A DNA stretch of 64,000 bases from Antechinus flavipes (GCF_016432865.1 NC_067398.1:490048001-490112000); one strand, 5' to 3'; shown: positions 12,168-24,548, counted from the stretch's first letter. Numbers and translations are program-made. Notes: generated by a model not told the origin, from the sequence alone.

Positions 12168-13617
12168 CAAAAATTGCTGGGAAAATTGGAAACTAGTATG
12201 GCAGAAACTAAGCATTGATCCACACTTAACACCGTATACCAAGATAAGATCAAAATGGGTTCATGACCTATGTATAAAGAATGAGATTATAAATAAATTA
12301 GAGGAACACAGGATAGTTTACCTCTCAGACTTGTGGAAGAGGAAGGAATTTATGACCAAAGAAGAACTAGAGATCATTACTATTCACAAAATAGAAATTT
12401 TTGATTATATCAAATTGAAAAGTTTTTGTACAAACAAAACTAATGCAAACAAGATTAGAAGGGAAGCAATAAACTGGGAAAACATTTTTACAGTCAAAGG
12501 TTCTGATAAAGGCCTCATTTCCCAAATATATAGAGAATTGACTCTAATTTATAAGAAATCAAGCCATTCTCCAATTGATAAATTGTCAAAGGATATGAAC
12601 AGACAATTCTCAGACGAAGAAATTAAAATTATTTCTAGCCATATGAAAAGATGCTCCAAGTCATTATTAATCAGAGAAATGCAATTAAGACAACTCTGAA
12701 ATAACACTACACACCTGTCAGATTGGCTAGAGTGACAGGGAAAGATAATGCGGAATGTTGGAGGGGATGTGGGAAAACAGGGACACTGATACATTGTTGG
12801 TGGAATTGTGAACACATCCAGCCATTCTGGAGAGCAATTTGGAACTATGCTCAAAAAGTTATCAAACTGCATACTCTTTGATCCAGCAATGTTACAACTG
12901 GGCTTATATCCCAAAGAGATCTTAAAGAAGGGAAAGGGACCTGTATGTGCAAAACTGTTTGTGGCAGCCCTGTTTGTAGTGGCTAGAAATTGGAAACTGA
13001 GTAGATGCCCATCAATTGGAGAATGGCTGAATAAATTATGGTATATGAATATTATGGAATATTATTGTTCTGTAAGAAATGACCAGCAGGAGGATTTCAA
13101 AAAAGCCTGGAGAGACTTACATGAACTGATGCTGAGTGAAATGAGCAGGATGATCAGGAGATCATTATACACTTCAACAACAATACTAAATGATGATCAA
13201 TTCTGATGGACGTGGCCCTCTTCAGTAATGAGATGAACCAAATCAGAACCAGCTACACCCAGCGAAAGAACTCTGGGAGATGACTAAGAACAATTATATT
13301 GAATTGCCAATCCCTATATTTTTGCCTTCCTGCATTTTTGATTTTCTTCACAGGCTAATTGTACAATATTTCAAAGTCCGATTTTTTTTTGTACAACAAA
13401 ATAACAGTTTGGACATGTATACTTATTTTGTATTTAATTTATACTTTAACATATTTAACATATATTGGTCATCCTGTCATCTAGGGGAGGGGATAGGGCA
13501 AAGGAGGGGAAAAATTGGAACAAAAGGTTTGGCAATTGTCAATGCTGTAAAATTACCCATGCATATAACTTGTAAATAAAAAGCTATTTAAAAAATTTTT
13601 TAAAAAGAAATTTTAAA
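12168..13617 (+). mobile_element. 5'-truncated L1 (ORF2 C-terminus + 3' UTR + A-rich tail) with TSD
   Basis: ORFs 12331-12699 (KSFCTNK...SDKGLISQIYREL...HMKRCSKSLLIREMQ) and 12808-13206 (LYPKE...LFVVARNWK...CPSIGEWLNKLWY) are L1 ORF2; frameshift near 12682; AATAAA at 13575; TSD aaaataagactt (12156-12167) / aaaataagattt (13618-13629). Confidence 0.97.
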
Positions 13618-13777
13618 AAAATAAGATTTGAGGAAAGTCCATGGATCCAGGAGAAGTGAGTAAAGTCAGCTTCTTTACCATCCCACAAATATGCCATGAT
13701 CATTCCTCAGTTTTTATGGCCCCCCTTTTTTCATATTATCCCCCCTTGCCTGAAATGCCTTTCTGTATATAATTTAC

Positions 13778-14006
13778 CTTGTTGCTGTTCAATTGTGTAT
13801 GATTCTCCATGACCACATTTTGGCGTTTTCTTGGCAATTTCTTCCCCAAATCTTTTTTACACATGAGAAAACTGAGACAAATAGAGTTGTTACTTACTCA
13901 GGATCACAGAGATAGCAAGTATCTGAGGTCAGATTTGAACTCAGGAAGATGAGTTTTTCTGACTCCAGGCCTGGCACTCTAATCTATCGAACCACCTCAC
14001 TGCTTC
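13778..14006 (-). mobile_element. MAR1-type SINE
   Basis: 'ttgttgctgttcaattgtgtatgattctccatgacc...ttttcttggcaa...gaaaactgagaca...gatttgaactcaggaagatgagtttttctgactccagg'. Confidence 0.85.
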
Positions 14007-14269
14007 TTTCCCTTTACCTATTGTATCTAAATTGAATCCATTCTTCAACACATAGATTAGTTTATATATCATCCTGGAAGCCTTTTCCAATTATTCCATC
14101 CTTTAACTAAACTAGCTCTTACTCAAACTCTTTTAGTATATACATATAGTCTGGGCAGAACAATTTAGTGTTTAATTATATGCTATCCTTTAGAATTAGA
14201 TATAATTTGTAATTTTTAATATGGCTTCTCTCTTCTCCTAAGGAAAATGGTAAGCTATGGATACCAGAA

Positions 14270-14475
14270 GTAGAAATGTGGTAAAGAATACTAAATCTGG
14301 GATAAGAAGATCTGAGTTTAAATCATACCACAAAACATGGTACATTTGGCCACACTATGAGTCTCCATGAAATAACCATCAGGAATACACTAGAGGGGAT
14401 TTTTGTTCAGGTGTACTTTGGACTAAATTATTTGTGAAATTCCCTTCAGAATCAGAAGTTCTGTTATATTCTGTC
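14270..14475 (+). mobile_element. MIR3/L3-tailed SINE fragment
   Basis: Head 'ggtaaagaatactaaatctgg...agatctgagtttaaatc' and L3-like tail 'ttggactaaatt...cccttcag...ttctgttatattctg'. Confidence 0.55.
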
Positions 14476-14499
14476 TTTATAATTCTAGATCTTATTGGT

Positions 14500-14590
14500 A
14501 ATAGAAGAAAATTTTATTTGTAATAGAAGAAGTGTAATAGTATAATAGTATAATAGAAGTGTAATAGAAGAAGAAAATAGAAGAAAACTC
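14500..14590. repeat. Degenerate (TAATAGAAG)-type minisatellite
   Basis: TAATAG(AAG/TA) recurs about 7 times. Confidence 0.7.
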
Positions 14591-16270
14591 AATTCAAAGA
14601 TCTAGCTTTAAAATCACCACAATCTTTTTAGAACAGAGATCATATATATCATGCTTCTGAAACTTCTGTATGATACTAACCAAATGTATAGATACTCAGC
14701 ATATTTGCTACTATGATTTACATTTTTTCATAACAATAAAACTTTTATTCCACATTTCACATTTTGTTTTATTCTAGAATAGGTGCAGCTCTTGGTAATA
14801 AGAGGTGGTCTGTGGAATGAAATAAGCATAAATTAAATACTTTCTATGTACTAGGCATATGCTAAGAATTCAATAGATAATATTTCAAGTGAGTAATAAC
14901 AATAATAATGCAGATACCTTCTTGGAAATATCTGGAAGAGGAACCTCTCCTGTTGATCATTAGTACTTGTTTAAGTGATTGATGGGCTGAAACTCTGCAG
15001 ACCCAAAAAAGGAGCAAATTCCTTATCCTTCATCCCCTTCTGCCTATCATTGGCCCTCTGTGAGTATTTAGATTTGCTGAACTCCAGAGTATCAGTCCAA
15101 GGGAGGGGGGGGGGCTTTTTCCCTACTTTTCCCCCCATTTAGCTGATTCTTGAATGTATGGTTTTCTAAACAAATCTATGTCTGGAATGGAGCTCGCTCC
15201 TGTTTGTATCTTCTTTCCTTCCCTATTTGGCTTTGGAAGATCTTGAAAGATAGCTGATGTCTTTTTCTTCCTGGGCACCTAATCATCAGGGAATTGGCCA
15301 TAGGAACTCGTGTGGTTGTGACAATTACACTGGCAAAGACCATGATTTATTCAATAAGAAATACAGAATTGCTCACAGAGAGAAACCACCGGGAAGGAAA
15401 AAACCTACATGGCTTTGATAAAGTTGTACCTGGTGCAGGAAATTGCTAAAGAACAGCTGTTACAAATGTTCCAACAAAGCTAATTTCTCAAATGCTTATT
15501 GTCACTTTATGATTTTTTAAAAAATTAAACAGCATCCCTTTTTCCTGTCTGGGTTTGGAACTGTTTCATATTTGATTCACATTTATACATTTGTTTTTCT
15601 TTCTCCTTCCTTTCTTCCTCCTCTCTTCTCCCTCCTCTTTTTCTTCTCCCCTACTCCATCACCTCATAGACTAAAGGATTGTTGTTAAGAATATGAGATA
15701 GAAGCAGGACTGAAGTAATGAGAACCTAGTGTCCTTATTGAGGAGGCTGGAAAACCTAGAGCAATGAACCCAGAGCAGGTTGTGAAGGAGGTGAAAGATG
15801 GATAAAGGGTTTTGGAAAGTAGAAGCTTAACAAATGACAGCACATTTGCAGTACTTGGGCAGATATTTTTTTCTTCACAGTAACAATGTTAGATTGGTAT
15901 TACAAATAACACAAAAGGTGGTGTCTAAGATCACATGACTTCTAAATGGCAGATCTGGCATTTGAACCCATGAATCCATTTTATCTCTAAGCCCTCTCCA
16001 CAATTCCAAGAAGCTACCTTTTATCCCCAGTATAACCACTTCCACTCTGGGGGTATATTTCTTTCCTTTTACCCCTCTACATGCTAGCTATCTAGAGTAT
16101 CTTTTTATAGTGTTTTTCTCAGTTCTTCCCTATCTATGAACTACCTTTTACTTATGGTCCTGCCAGATCCTTTCTCTCCATCTTTTGTCATCCAAATGTA
16201 TCTACCCCATTTTTGTCTCATTTTCTATTATCTATCTGTCTATCAAGAATCCAGACTAATGGGTTTGTGT

Positions 16271-16813
16271 TGTGAGAGAAATGATTATTAATAACCAAAG
16301 ATTTGGGGAGATCATAATTTACCCTCTTTCCTAGAATTCTCATTTCAAGGCTCAACCTTCAAAAGGCAGGATTGATGAGAGCAGTTTGGATTGATATTCT
16401 CTTCAATTTAGGCACTCCTACCCCACCATCTTACAAGGAATTTAATTTAAAGTGAAACTCCTGACCTACTATCTTCTGTTCAAGTTTGGATGGAGAATAT
16501 AGACCCTTTGTGTAGATTTCCCTGAAGCTGAGAGTGATTTCAAAGTAAACAGTATGATCAAAGCCCCTTATTAGAATAAGCATAGACCTCTCATTGTAAT
16601 ATTTTTCTTTCTCATTAATTGTTAACCAATCAGAGTTGTCTGCCACCCTCAGGTATACCCATTTTTCCAAGTGCATATAAATTAGGAACCTACCACCACA
16701 ATTATCTTTGGCTGCAAGATTATTTCTGATCCATTTTATTGTAATATGCTAGCATTGTAAATAAAATGCTTGATTACACAGAAATTATGTCTCTTGAATT
16801 TTTTAAACATTAC
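16271..16813 (+). mobile_element. Solo ERV LTR (A)
   Basis: TG start; CCAAT 16626; TATAAAT 16676; AATAAA 16760; end '...tttttaaacattac'; no PBS or PPT flank. Confidence 0.7.
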
Positions 16814-16974
16814 GGTTTATGTATTGCATCTCTCTAGGAATTTATTCAAATCTAAGCATTATATTATTGGGCAATATATCAGTTTGGTAACATGACTCAA
16901 CTAGTAGAAATTTCAATTATGACATTATGATAAATGGTTCTAATAAGCATGCTATTTAAGTGTCATAGAAGTTG

Positions 16975-17175
16975 GCATGTGTTAGTGGTCAGAAAAATCA
17001 GTCTCAGAATCACAAGATCTGAGTTTAAGTCTCACTTCCATACTATACTTGGTTGTATGATCATAAACAAATTACCTAGCTTCTCAGTTCCCCACTGGGT
17101 TCTCAGATAGTCATCTCTATCAGCAGAAGAAATTTTTTCATTGACAATTTCCTATACCAATGAAATTATCCATAA
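16975..17175 (+). mobile_element. Marsupial CORE-SINE with 'cctataccaatgaaat' tail (Mar3-like)
   Basis: MIR-like head plus a tail shared with copies at 43011-43215, 46790-46895 and 62440-62672; family name uncertain. Confidence 0.55.
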
Positions 17176-17319
17176 TTCCTCCCCAACAAAAATATGTAGG
17201 TGAAATAAAGCTGGTCCTTGGACAGTAGAATATAAAATTACTTTTGTGTATTAACCATGAAAGATAATATAGATAGATAAGAGACCATTAGTAACTTTGT
17301 GGGAAGAAGTTCTAATTTA

Positions 17320-17555
17320 AGATATATGTGTGTGTGTGTGTATGTATGTGTGTGTGTGTATGTACACACACATATATATGTTTAAGATATGTATGTATAT
17401 TGCTATATCCTAATGTATTATGATACATTAAATAAGATTGTTTAAAATTGGAACTTTTCTGCTAAATGTTACTATAGATACATGATACTATATATGTGTG
17501 TATGTATATATAGATAGTAGATAGACTGATGATAGGTGATAGATTGATAGATAAA
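17320..17555. repeat. (TG)n/(TA)n/(GATA)n microsatellites
   Basis: Visible runs. Confidence 0.8.
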
Positions 17556-17564
17556 ATCTTAAAT

Positions 17565-18890
17565 TAGAACCATTATCCTCAAAGTTTCTAATGAACTCTT
17601 AATTGCCAGATCTAATGGCTTTTTTCTCAGGTTTTTCTCCTTTAATCTCTCTGCAACTTATGACACTATCACCTCTCCTGGATTCCTTCTACTCTTCCTT
17701 CATTCTCTTCCAAATTATATGACATTTCCTTCTCAGTATCCTTTACAGAATCTTAAAAAATACCATGGTCTCCAACTCAAGGCTCTCTCTTGGGGATTCT
17801 TTTTTTTTTTTTTTTTTTTAATACAATCTCATTTGGTGATCTCATCAATTTCTATGGATGTAACTGTTATCTCTAAGCAGATGCTTTCCAGATTTATATG
17901 TCCAGCCCTAATCTATCTCCTGAGATTTATGTCTCTATCACCAACTGCCTTTTGGACATTTCAATTTATATGTCCTGGACACATCCAAATCCATGTTCTT
18001 CCCCTTCCAAACCTTCAGCTCTACCAAAGACCTCCATAATTTTCAAGGGTACTATTATCTTCTCAAACTCATTGCCTCAGTATCATTATCATGGTTAATG
18101 TATTGTCAAATATTATTTTTATCTTCATAACAATTATCTCTCATTTATGTCCCCTTTTCTCCATTTATACAGCTGCCACTCTTGTAGAGACCCTCATTAA
18201 GCCTCATAGTCTAGACTAGGCTTCTTACATTTTTTCTACTTGACCCCTTTTAGTCTGAGAAATTTTTATATGACCTTTAATAGGTAACCATGTAAAATAG
18301 GCATACAAATCAAATATTTACTGATATTGAAACATGATTTTGTGACCACCTGGATTCAGTTATGAGACTCCAGTTTAAGAAGGGCCTAGATTATAACAAT
18401 ATCCATATGAATGATCTCCCTGGTTTACTATTGTCTTCAAAATCAAATATTAAATCTTTATTTGATGTTTAAAACTCTTCACAAGCTGTATTTGGTCCCT
18501 TACAATGTGCCCTTCAATTTAGCCACATAGGCCTAGTTGTTCTTGCTCATATACCATGTATCTGGAATGCCTAGGATATTATCCCTCCTCACCTCTTATT
18601 CTAGGCTTTCCTGGAATCTTTCAACTCAATTCAAAATCCACCTTCTGCAGGATGCCTTTCAGAGGTTCCCATTTCCTGTCACTTCCCTCTGAAATTACCT
18701 CTATTAACACTCTATATTTATTTTATGTACAGAGTTCTTTGTATGCTGCCTTCTTCCCAACCCCATCCCATTAAATCTGAGTTCCTTGAAAGTAGGGATT
18801 ATGCTTTTGCCTTTCTTTGTGTCATCAGGGAAAAGCACAGTGCTAGACACATAGCAGGTGCTTAATAAATGCTTGTACACTGACTGACTG
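17565..18890 (+). mobile_element. L2 LINE (RT C-terminus to 3' end), interrupted by a MITE
   Basis: ORF 17898-18098 'SSPNLSPEIYVSITNCLLDISIYMS' resembles L2 RT; ends 'cacatagcaggtgcttaataaatgcttg...tgactgactg'. Confidence 0.85.
18217..18383. mobile_element. hAT/Charlie-type MITE
   Basis: Imperfect TIRs (gcttcttacatt ... agtttaagaagg); 8-bp TSD gtctagac / gcctagat matching the NTCTAGAN preference; L2 sequence resumes across it. Confidence 0.75.
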
Positions 18891-20019
18891 CCAAAAGAGA
18901 TTTCACCAAGCCATGATATAAAAAATAGACTTTATGTTATTATAAAGTAGATGAAATAGAAGCACCAGAAAAGATTATTTTTTTTTCTCCCCTCGGGAAA
19001 TGAATTTAGAAAATAGAATTGAAATTCTATCATTTGAGATAAGATTTTTTCAATTGCATACTTCAGAATACATTTAGATTAGGCCAACTCTCTAAACTTC
19101 TGTTAGCTATCTAACACTGTACAGTGTAAATTCCTTATCTTCCCTGGAGGGAACTTTGAGCCTGTTTGAGGAGTGGACTTCCTGAATTGTGGTAAGACAG
19201 GCAATTTCTTGCTACAGCCTACTCAGCTTACCATCTGACCACAGAATTATCTTTATCAGAGAAAGCCTACATTAAGATTCAAGCTATTTCCAAATATCCT
19301 TCCATAGTCAAACTATATGGCTTATTAACTCAGTTTTTCATGTTTCATTTGGTATTTTCATACATGACTGATATATTTCAAAGGTTTGTGTACATACTAT
19401 AGCATCTTTGGTCCCTTTGCCTGATGTAAGATTTTTAAAAGGCCCACATCATTTCCTTTAGTCATAATAACAATCTAATGTTAGGGGATAGAGGAATGGG
19501 GGGGGGAGGGAAGTGAAGTTTTCCAAAACTTTTCCCATATGCTATCATGGGATTATACCATAGCTCTTGTAAACTTTGATGCAGCTTCATATTATCCATT
19601 TAGATTTTAAGGGTTGTCAGTTTTTATTAATCTTAGTTCTTAACTGCATCTGAAAAATGAATTCACCTTTCAAATTTGCAACAAGTAAATAGGCTTTGAG
19701 GCATTTCTTTGACAGCATCAGAGCATACACTTCTAATAAGTAAACATATGGAAATCACCTTTGAGCTGTCTCCTGCCATCCATCTGACTGACTGAATTTT
19801 TTTTTAGGAGTTCCACATTTTAGTACAACAGGAAGCAAAGTCATATATAATATTCAAGCTTGTGGTAGTGATGAGGAAAAAAACATGCCTAGGTAAAGTA
19901 TTAGAATAGAAGCCAGTTGTAAATTAATAATTTAAAACTTGGATATGAAATAAATTTACAAGGTATAATATTTATAATATAAATACTTGATAAAGAAATG
20001 AAATTAAGTACATTTATTA

Positions 20020-20270
20020 TTATTGTCTTGTTTTCTTTCAATCATGCCTGACTGTTTGTGACCCCATTTGGGATTTTCTTGGCAAAGATACAAAAGTGGT
20101 TTGCCATTTTCTTCTCCAGCTCATTTTACAGATATGAAAACGGAGGCAAATAATATTAAGTGACGTACTCAGAGACACCTCGGTAGTAAGTATCTAAGGC
20201 TGGGATTTGAACTCAAGAAAATAAGTCTTCCTTACTCCAGGTTCAGTACTCTATTTGCTAAGCACCATGC
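20020..20270 (-). mobile_element. MAR1-type SINE, near full length
   Basis: 'ctgactgtttgtgaccccatttgggattttcttggcaaagatacaaaagtggtttgccattttcttctccagctcattttacag...gatttgaactcaagaaaataagtcttcc'. Confidence 0.9.
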
Positions 20271-20419
20271 TTTGTTCTAGTGATATTAATTCAAAAGCTA
20301 AGGTAGTTCCTGCCCACAAAGAACATATATTATATAAGGTGGAAAATAACACTTGCAGGAGAATGATAACAAGGGAGAGAGATTTTGGTCAAGAAAGTTA
20401 TATGTGGGAGAAGATGAAT

Positions 20420-21420
20420 ATCTTCTCTTTCCCTCCCTCACTTAATAATATTGTATTTTTTTCTATTTTATGTAAAGATAGTTTTCAACTTTCATTTTTG
20501 CAAAATATTTTTTCCTTTTCCCTCTTTTATCTTCCCTTCCCCATCATTTCCCCAAGCAATCTGATATAGATTATATATGTGTAACCATTTTAAACATATT
20601 TCAACATTAGTAATCAACAAAAGGGAAAAATCATAAGAAAAGTGAAAATAGTGTACTTTGATCCTCATTCAGTTTTTGGAGTTCTTTTTCTGGCTGCTGA
20701 TGGCATTTTCCTCCCAAGTCTACTGGAATTGTCTTGCATCATTGTACTGCTAAGAAAAGCTAATTGATTATCACACAATCTTGCTGTTATGACATACAAT
20801 GTTTTCCTGGTTATGATCACTTCATTTAACAGCAATTCATGTAAGTCTTTCCAGATTTTTCTGAAATCAACCTGCTCATCATTTCTTTTCTTTTCTTTTT
20901 TTCCTGAGGCAATTGGGGTCAAGTGACTTGCCCAGGGTGTCACACAGCTAGAAAGTGTTAAGTGTCTGAGATCAAATTTGAACTCAAGTCCTCCTGACTT
21001 CAGAGCTGGCACTCTATCCACTGCACCACCTAGCTGCCCTGCTCATAATTTTTTAGAGAACAATAGTATTCCATTACATTCATACACCACAACTTATTCA
21101 ACCATTCCCCAACTGATGGGCATGTGCTCAGTTTCCAGTTCTAGGTGCTATAAACATTTTTGCACTTTTAGGTAGTTTCCCCTCTTTTCTGGACTCATTG
21201 GGATACAGATTCTGTAGTGACACTGCTAGATCAAAATATATGCACAGTTTTATAGCCCTTTAAGCATAGTTCCAAATTGTTCTCCACAATGGCTGGATCA
21301 AATCGCAATTCCATTAATAATGCAAAATGGCTGGATCAATTTGCAACTCTACTAGTAATGCATTTTCCTGTATTCCCTCCATTATTTATTATTATCTTTT
21401 CCTCTCTTGATATCCTTCTT
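20420..21420 (-). mobile_element. L1 ORF2 3' end + 3' UTR, split by WSINE1
   Basis: Antisense 'catgtaagtctttccag...aatcaacctgctcatc' | 'gctcataatttttt...gaacaatagtattccattacattcatacaccac' continues L1 across the SINE. Confidence 0.85.
20885..21039 (-). mobile_element. WSINE1-type SINE with TSD
   Basis: Minus strand 'gggcagctaggtggtgcagtggatagagtgccagctctgaagtcaggagg...ttaaccccaattgcctcagg(A-rich)'; TSD tgctcatcattt (20873-20884) / tgctcataattt (21040-21051). Confidence 0.92.
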
Positions 21421-21926
21421 CTAGGGGCAATGAATGACAGTTCATTTAATTAGAAATTTTTATCATTTGATGATCTCTACCAGTAGGCATTAGTCAATAG
21501 CTTCTCTGTTTTGCTTTGTTTTGTTTTTGAGAAGGAATAAGGTTTAGTAGATTGAAAGTTGACTTTTGAGTCAGAAATGCTTGCATTCAAATACAAATTT
21601 TGTCAATGTTCCCTAATCTCTCATTGTCCTAGGGGACTCTCTGAGAAGAAAAGTTGTAGTTTTATTATTCATCTGTATCAGTGAAGGGAATTCTTTCCTA
21701 AAACCTACCTCTACTACTTAAATCAAAAAAGGACAAATTAACTTTACTGAGGTAGATGAGAAGTTGCCCTATAATCTGTAGTCTAAAGTAATTCCCTGGG
21801 ACTGTGAAAGATGAAGTAATTTACCAGATTCACACAATGGGTATGTATCAGGCTAGTAAGTCAGAAACACAGGTTTTGGTCTCTGAGGCTATCTCTCTAT
21901 TACATTGCTTTTCAATTTACATATAA

Positions 21927-22391
21927 TGTAATGCCAGAGAAACTGAGAAAGACAGAGATTAGAGACCAATTTAATAGTTTATTAAATGGAGAGATATATT
22001 GGGACCAAATGGATCCAGGTGATCCCAGGGCTGGACAAGACTAGCCTCTCAAAGAATCCAGCACTAAGTATTAGACAGTAAGATTTTTTTATAAGATAAC
22101 AAGAACAATGACATAATGGGGGAGGTACCTGGATGGGGGTAACCTAATGGGGAAAAGCACCTAAGATGATACAATGGAGGGAGGTACTGGAGAGGTTACG
22201 ATATTCTAATGATGTCTAAAATGGATAGACCTTTATCCTGTCAAACATTAAGAAGGAATGATTTAGTCTAAAGATATAAAACCTTTATCTCATCAACATT
22301 AAGAGGGAAAGGTCATAACCTGAGGCAGAGTAACTAAATAGGACAATGGAAAAACTGGGTCAGGACATTAAAAAGGAACTGTGGCATAACA
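21927..22391 (-). mobile_element. Solo ERV LTR (B)
   Basis: Terminal inverted repeat TGTAATGCC...GGCATAACA; minus-strand AATAAA (21978-21983) and TATAAAA (22087-22093); internal U3 repeats 'acctttatc...caacattaaga' x2; TSD not evident. Confidence 0.8.
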
Positions 22392-23004
22392 TTGTAGGCA
22401 CTTAAATATTTATAGTTAGTGAAGGCAAGTATTGTTAAGGTGTCTACTGAACTATTTTCAAACATATTTTGTGTCTTTTTGCCATATTTTCCAGAAACCC
22501 TGGACTCAGAGCGTGCCAGGCTGAGAAATTTGTTTAAGCAGCTGAAGCTTTTTTAGATATGTAGATCATCTTCATGGTTTAGCAGTACCCAAAGGAAAAG
22601 AATGTGGCTTTTGCCATTACCTTGCTCCTACTCTTGGGGTTGTTCTTTTCTTTATTGAACTTCTCCCTCCCTTCCCCCCATTCCAAGCCCCTTTAAGTGG
22701 AGTTTTGTTTCCTGCTCCTTTTTTTTTGCCCTGTTGTCATAAATATGCACATTTTTGTATAAATTGTTAACTCTGAGTCCCACATGCATGTTCGTTTCTC
22801 TTGTAATAAATTTCGTTTTCACATAAATTTCATGAAGTTGTGATTGCCTGTTGATAGTGACTTACTAAAGTGAATAAGATAGATGAATAAAACATGAATA
22901 TATATTTTGCACATAGCAACCACTAAATATATACCTATTGAATTGACCGTTTTCTTTTCAAATTATTCACAACTCTTTAGAGATGATTCAGAAATAGTTA
23001 TGAC

Positions 23005-24160
23005 AATATACAAACATTTATTAAGCATCTATTAGTTGCCAGACACAGTATCAGTTGCTGGCAATAGAAATATTATGGTTTAAATAATTCCAATTTGTAA
23101 GTAGTTTACAGTCTTATGGAAAACAAAGAAACTAAATACAAATACAGATTAGTTGGATACATAGTAATTAGGGAGAAAGGCATTAGTAATTGATAGGATC
23201 AGGACAGTTTAGTTACAAGAGTGTTTTGATACCTGAAGAGTGCCATCCAGTCAGAGGAGGGGCAGTGCTTAGCTGTTAAGATAATAGGTGGAATATTCTA
23301 CATGAGGAAGAGATGGCTAATTTGTTTAGATTATAGAATGCCAAAGGGAGTTAGGTATGGACAATGAAACTAGGAAGATAAATTCAGATCCGGTTATAAA
23401 GACCTTTAACAGTTAAACAGAGGAGTTTATATTTTATTGTAGAGGAAAATAGGGAACCACTAAAGTTTATTGAGTAGAAGAGTGACATAGTTAAATGTAT
23501 ACTTAAGGAAAAGAACTTTGGAGTATAGGTTGGAGTAAGAAGAGATTAATTATAGTGGGACTAATTAGAAGGGCAATCTAATAATCCAGGGAAATTGGAA
23601 TGAATGTCTATTAATAGTGAATATGTGAGTAGAGGAGAAAAGTTGGTTACAAGACATATTGTGAAGTTAGAAATTAGATAAGATTAGGCAACTGATTGCA
23701 CATATGGTGTGAGAAAAAATAAAGAGTGGAGGATAGCAGCAAGATGATGAACTTGAGAGTCTGGATGGATGGTAAATTCTTGGGACAAAAACAGAAAAAT
23801 TTCAAAGAGTAATAGTCTTTAGGGAGAGGATAATAAGTTCTGTTTTAGGTATAATGAGTTCAAGATGTCTCTGGGAAATCCCATTTGATATGTTCGATAG
23901 GCAAATAGTAATGTGTGAATGAAGCTCAGAGGAGAGATTGGGAGTCGATAGAGTGATCTGTGAATCATCTTCATAGAGACAATAATTAAACCCATGGGAG
24001 CTGACGAAGTCTGCAAGACTGATTTTATAGAGACAAGAGTAGAGGGCCAAGGACAGAGATTGGGGAACACTCACAGTTAAAGAGTATAGTATAGATAGTG
24101 AGCCAGCAAATGAGTCAGAATGAAGAATAGTGAGGAGAACCAGGAGAGTAGAATAAGAAA
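23005..24160 (-). mobile_element. L2 LINE (RT core to 3' end)
   Basis: ORF 23802-24074 'VPQSLSL...SSHGFNYCLYEDDSQI...KTELII' is L2 RT with YADD changed to YEDD; 3' end 'caaacatttattaagcatctattagttgccagacac' at ~23010. Confidence 0.9.
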
Positions 24161-24548
24161 CAAATTGAGCCTATGCCTCTCAGACAGAGAAGTAATGCTG
24201 TAAGGCAGAGTGTAAGTTGAAGTATTAGAGGATATATTTGTTTTGTTCTTGCTTTATCTTAAAAAAAAATATCTCTGTAAAATCTACAAATATTAAATTC
24301 TTAAATGGAACTGTGGTCCTAGTTACTGGCCCCCTACACTGGAGAGGGTAGTAAAGTCAGACAACTGAATCCCTTAGGGTCACCTTATTGGATCCTGAGA
24401 GGACAGATACTGCCTGCTTGGTTTGGGGATAGTAAACTAGAATGTATATGCTACCACATGGTTTCTCATTCTGTACCTCTAACATCAGTTCTCTATCAAG
24501 AGGCAGAAGATCAAGAGGTCTTCTTCAACATCAATCCTTAGGTGTTAT

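Noticed and set aside
14500-14590. Short repeated units with variable spacing (CRISPR-like look)
   Set aside because: A 6-9 bp degenerate minisatellite with no unique spacers.
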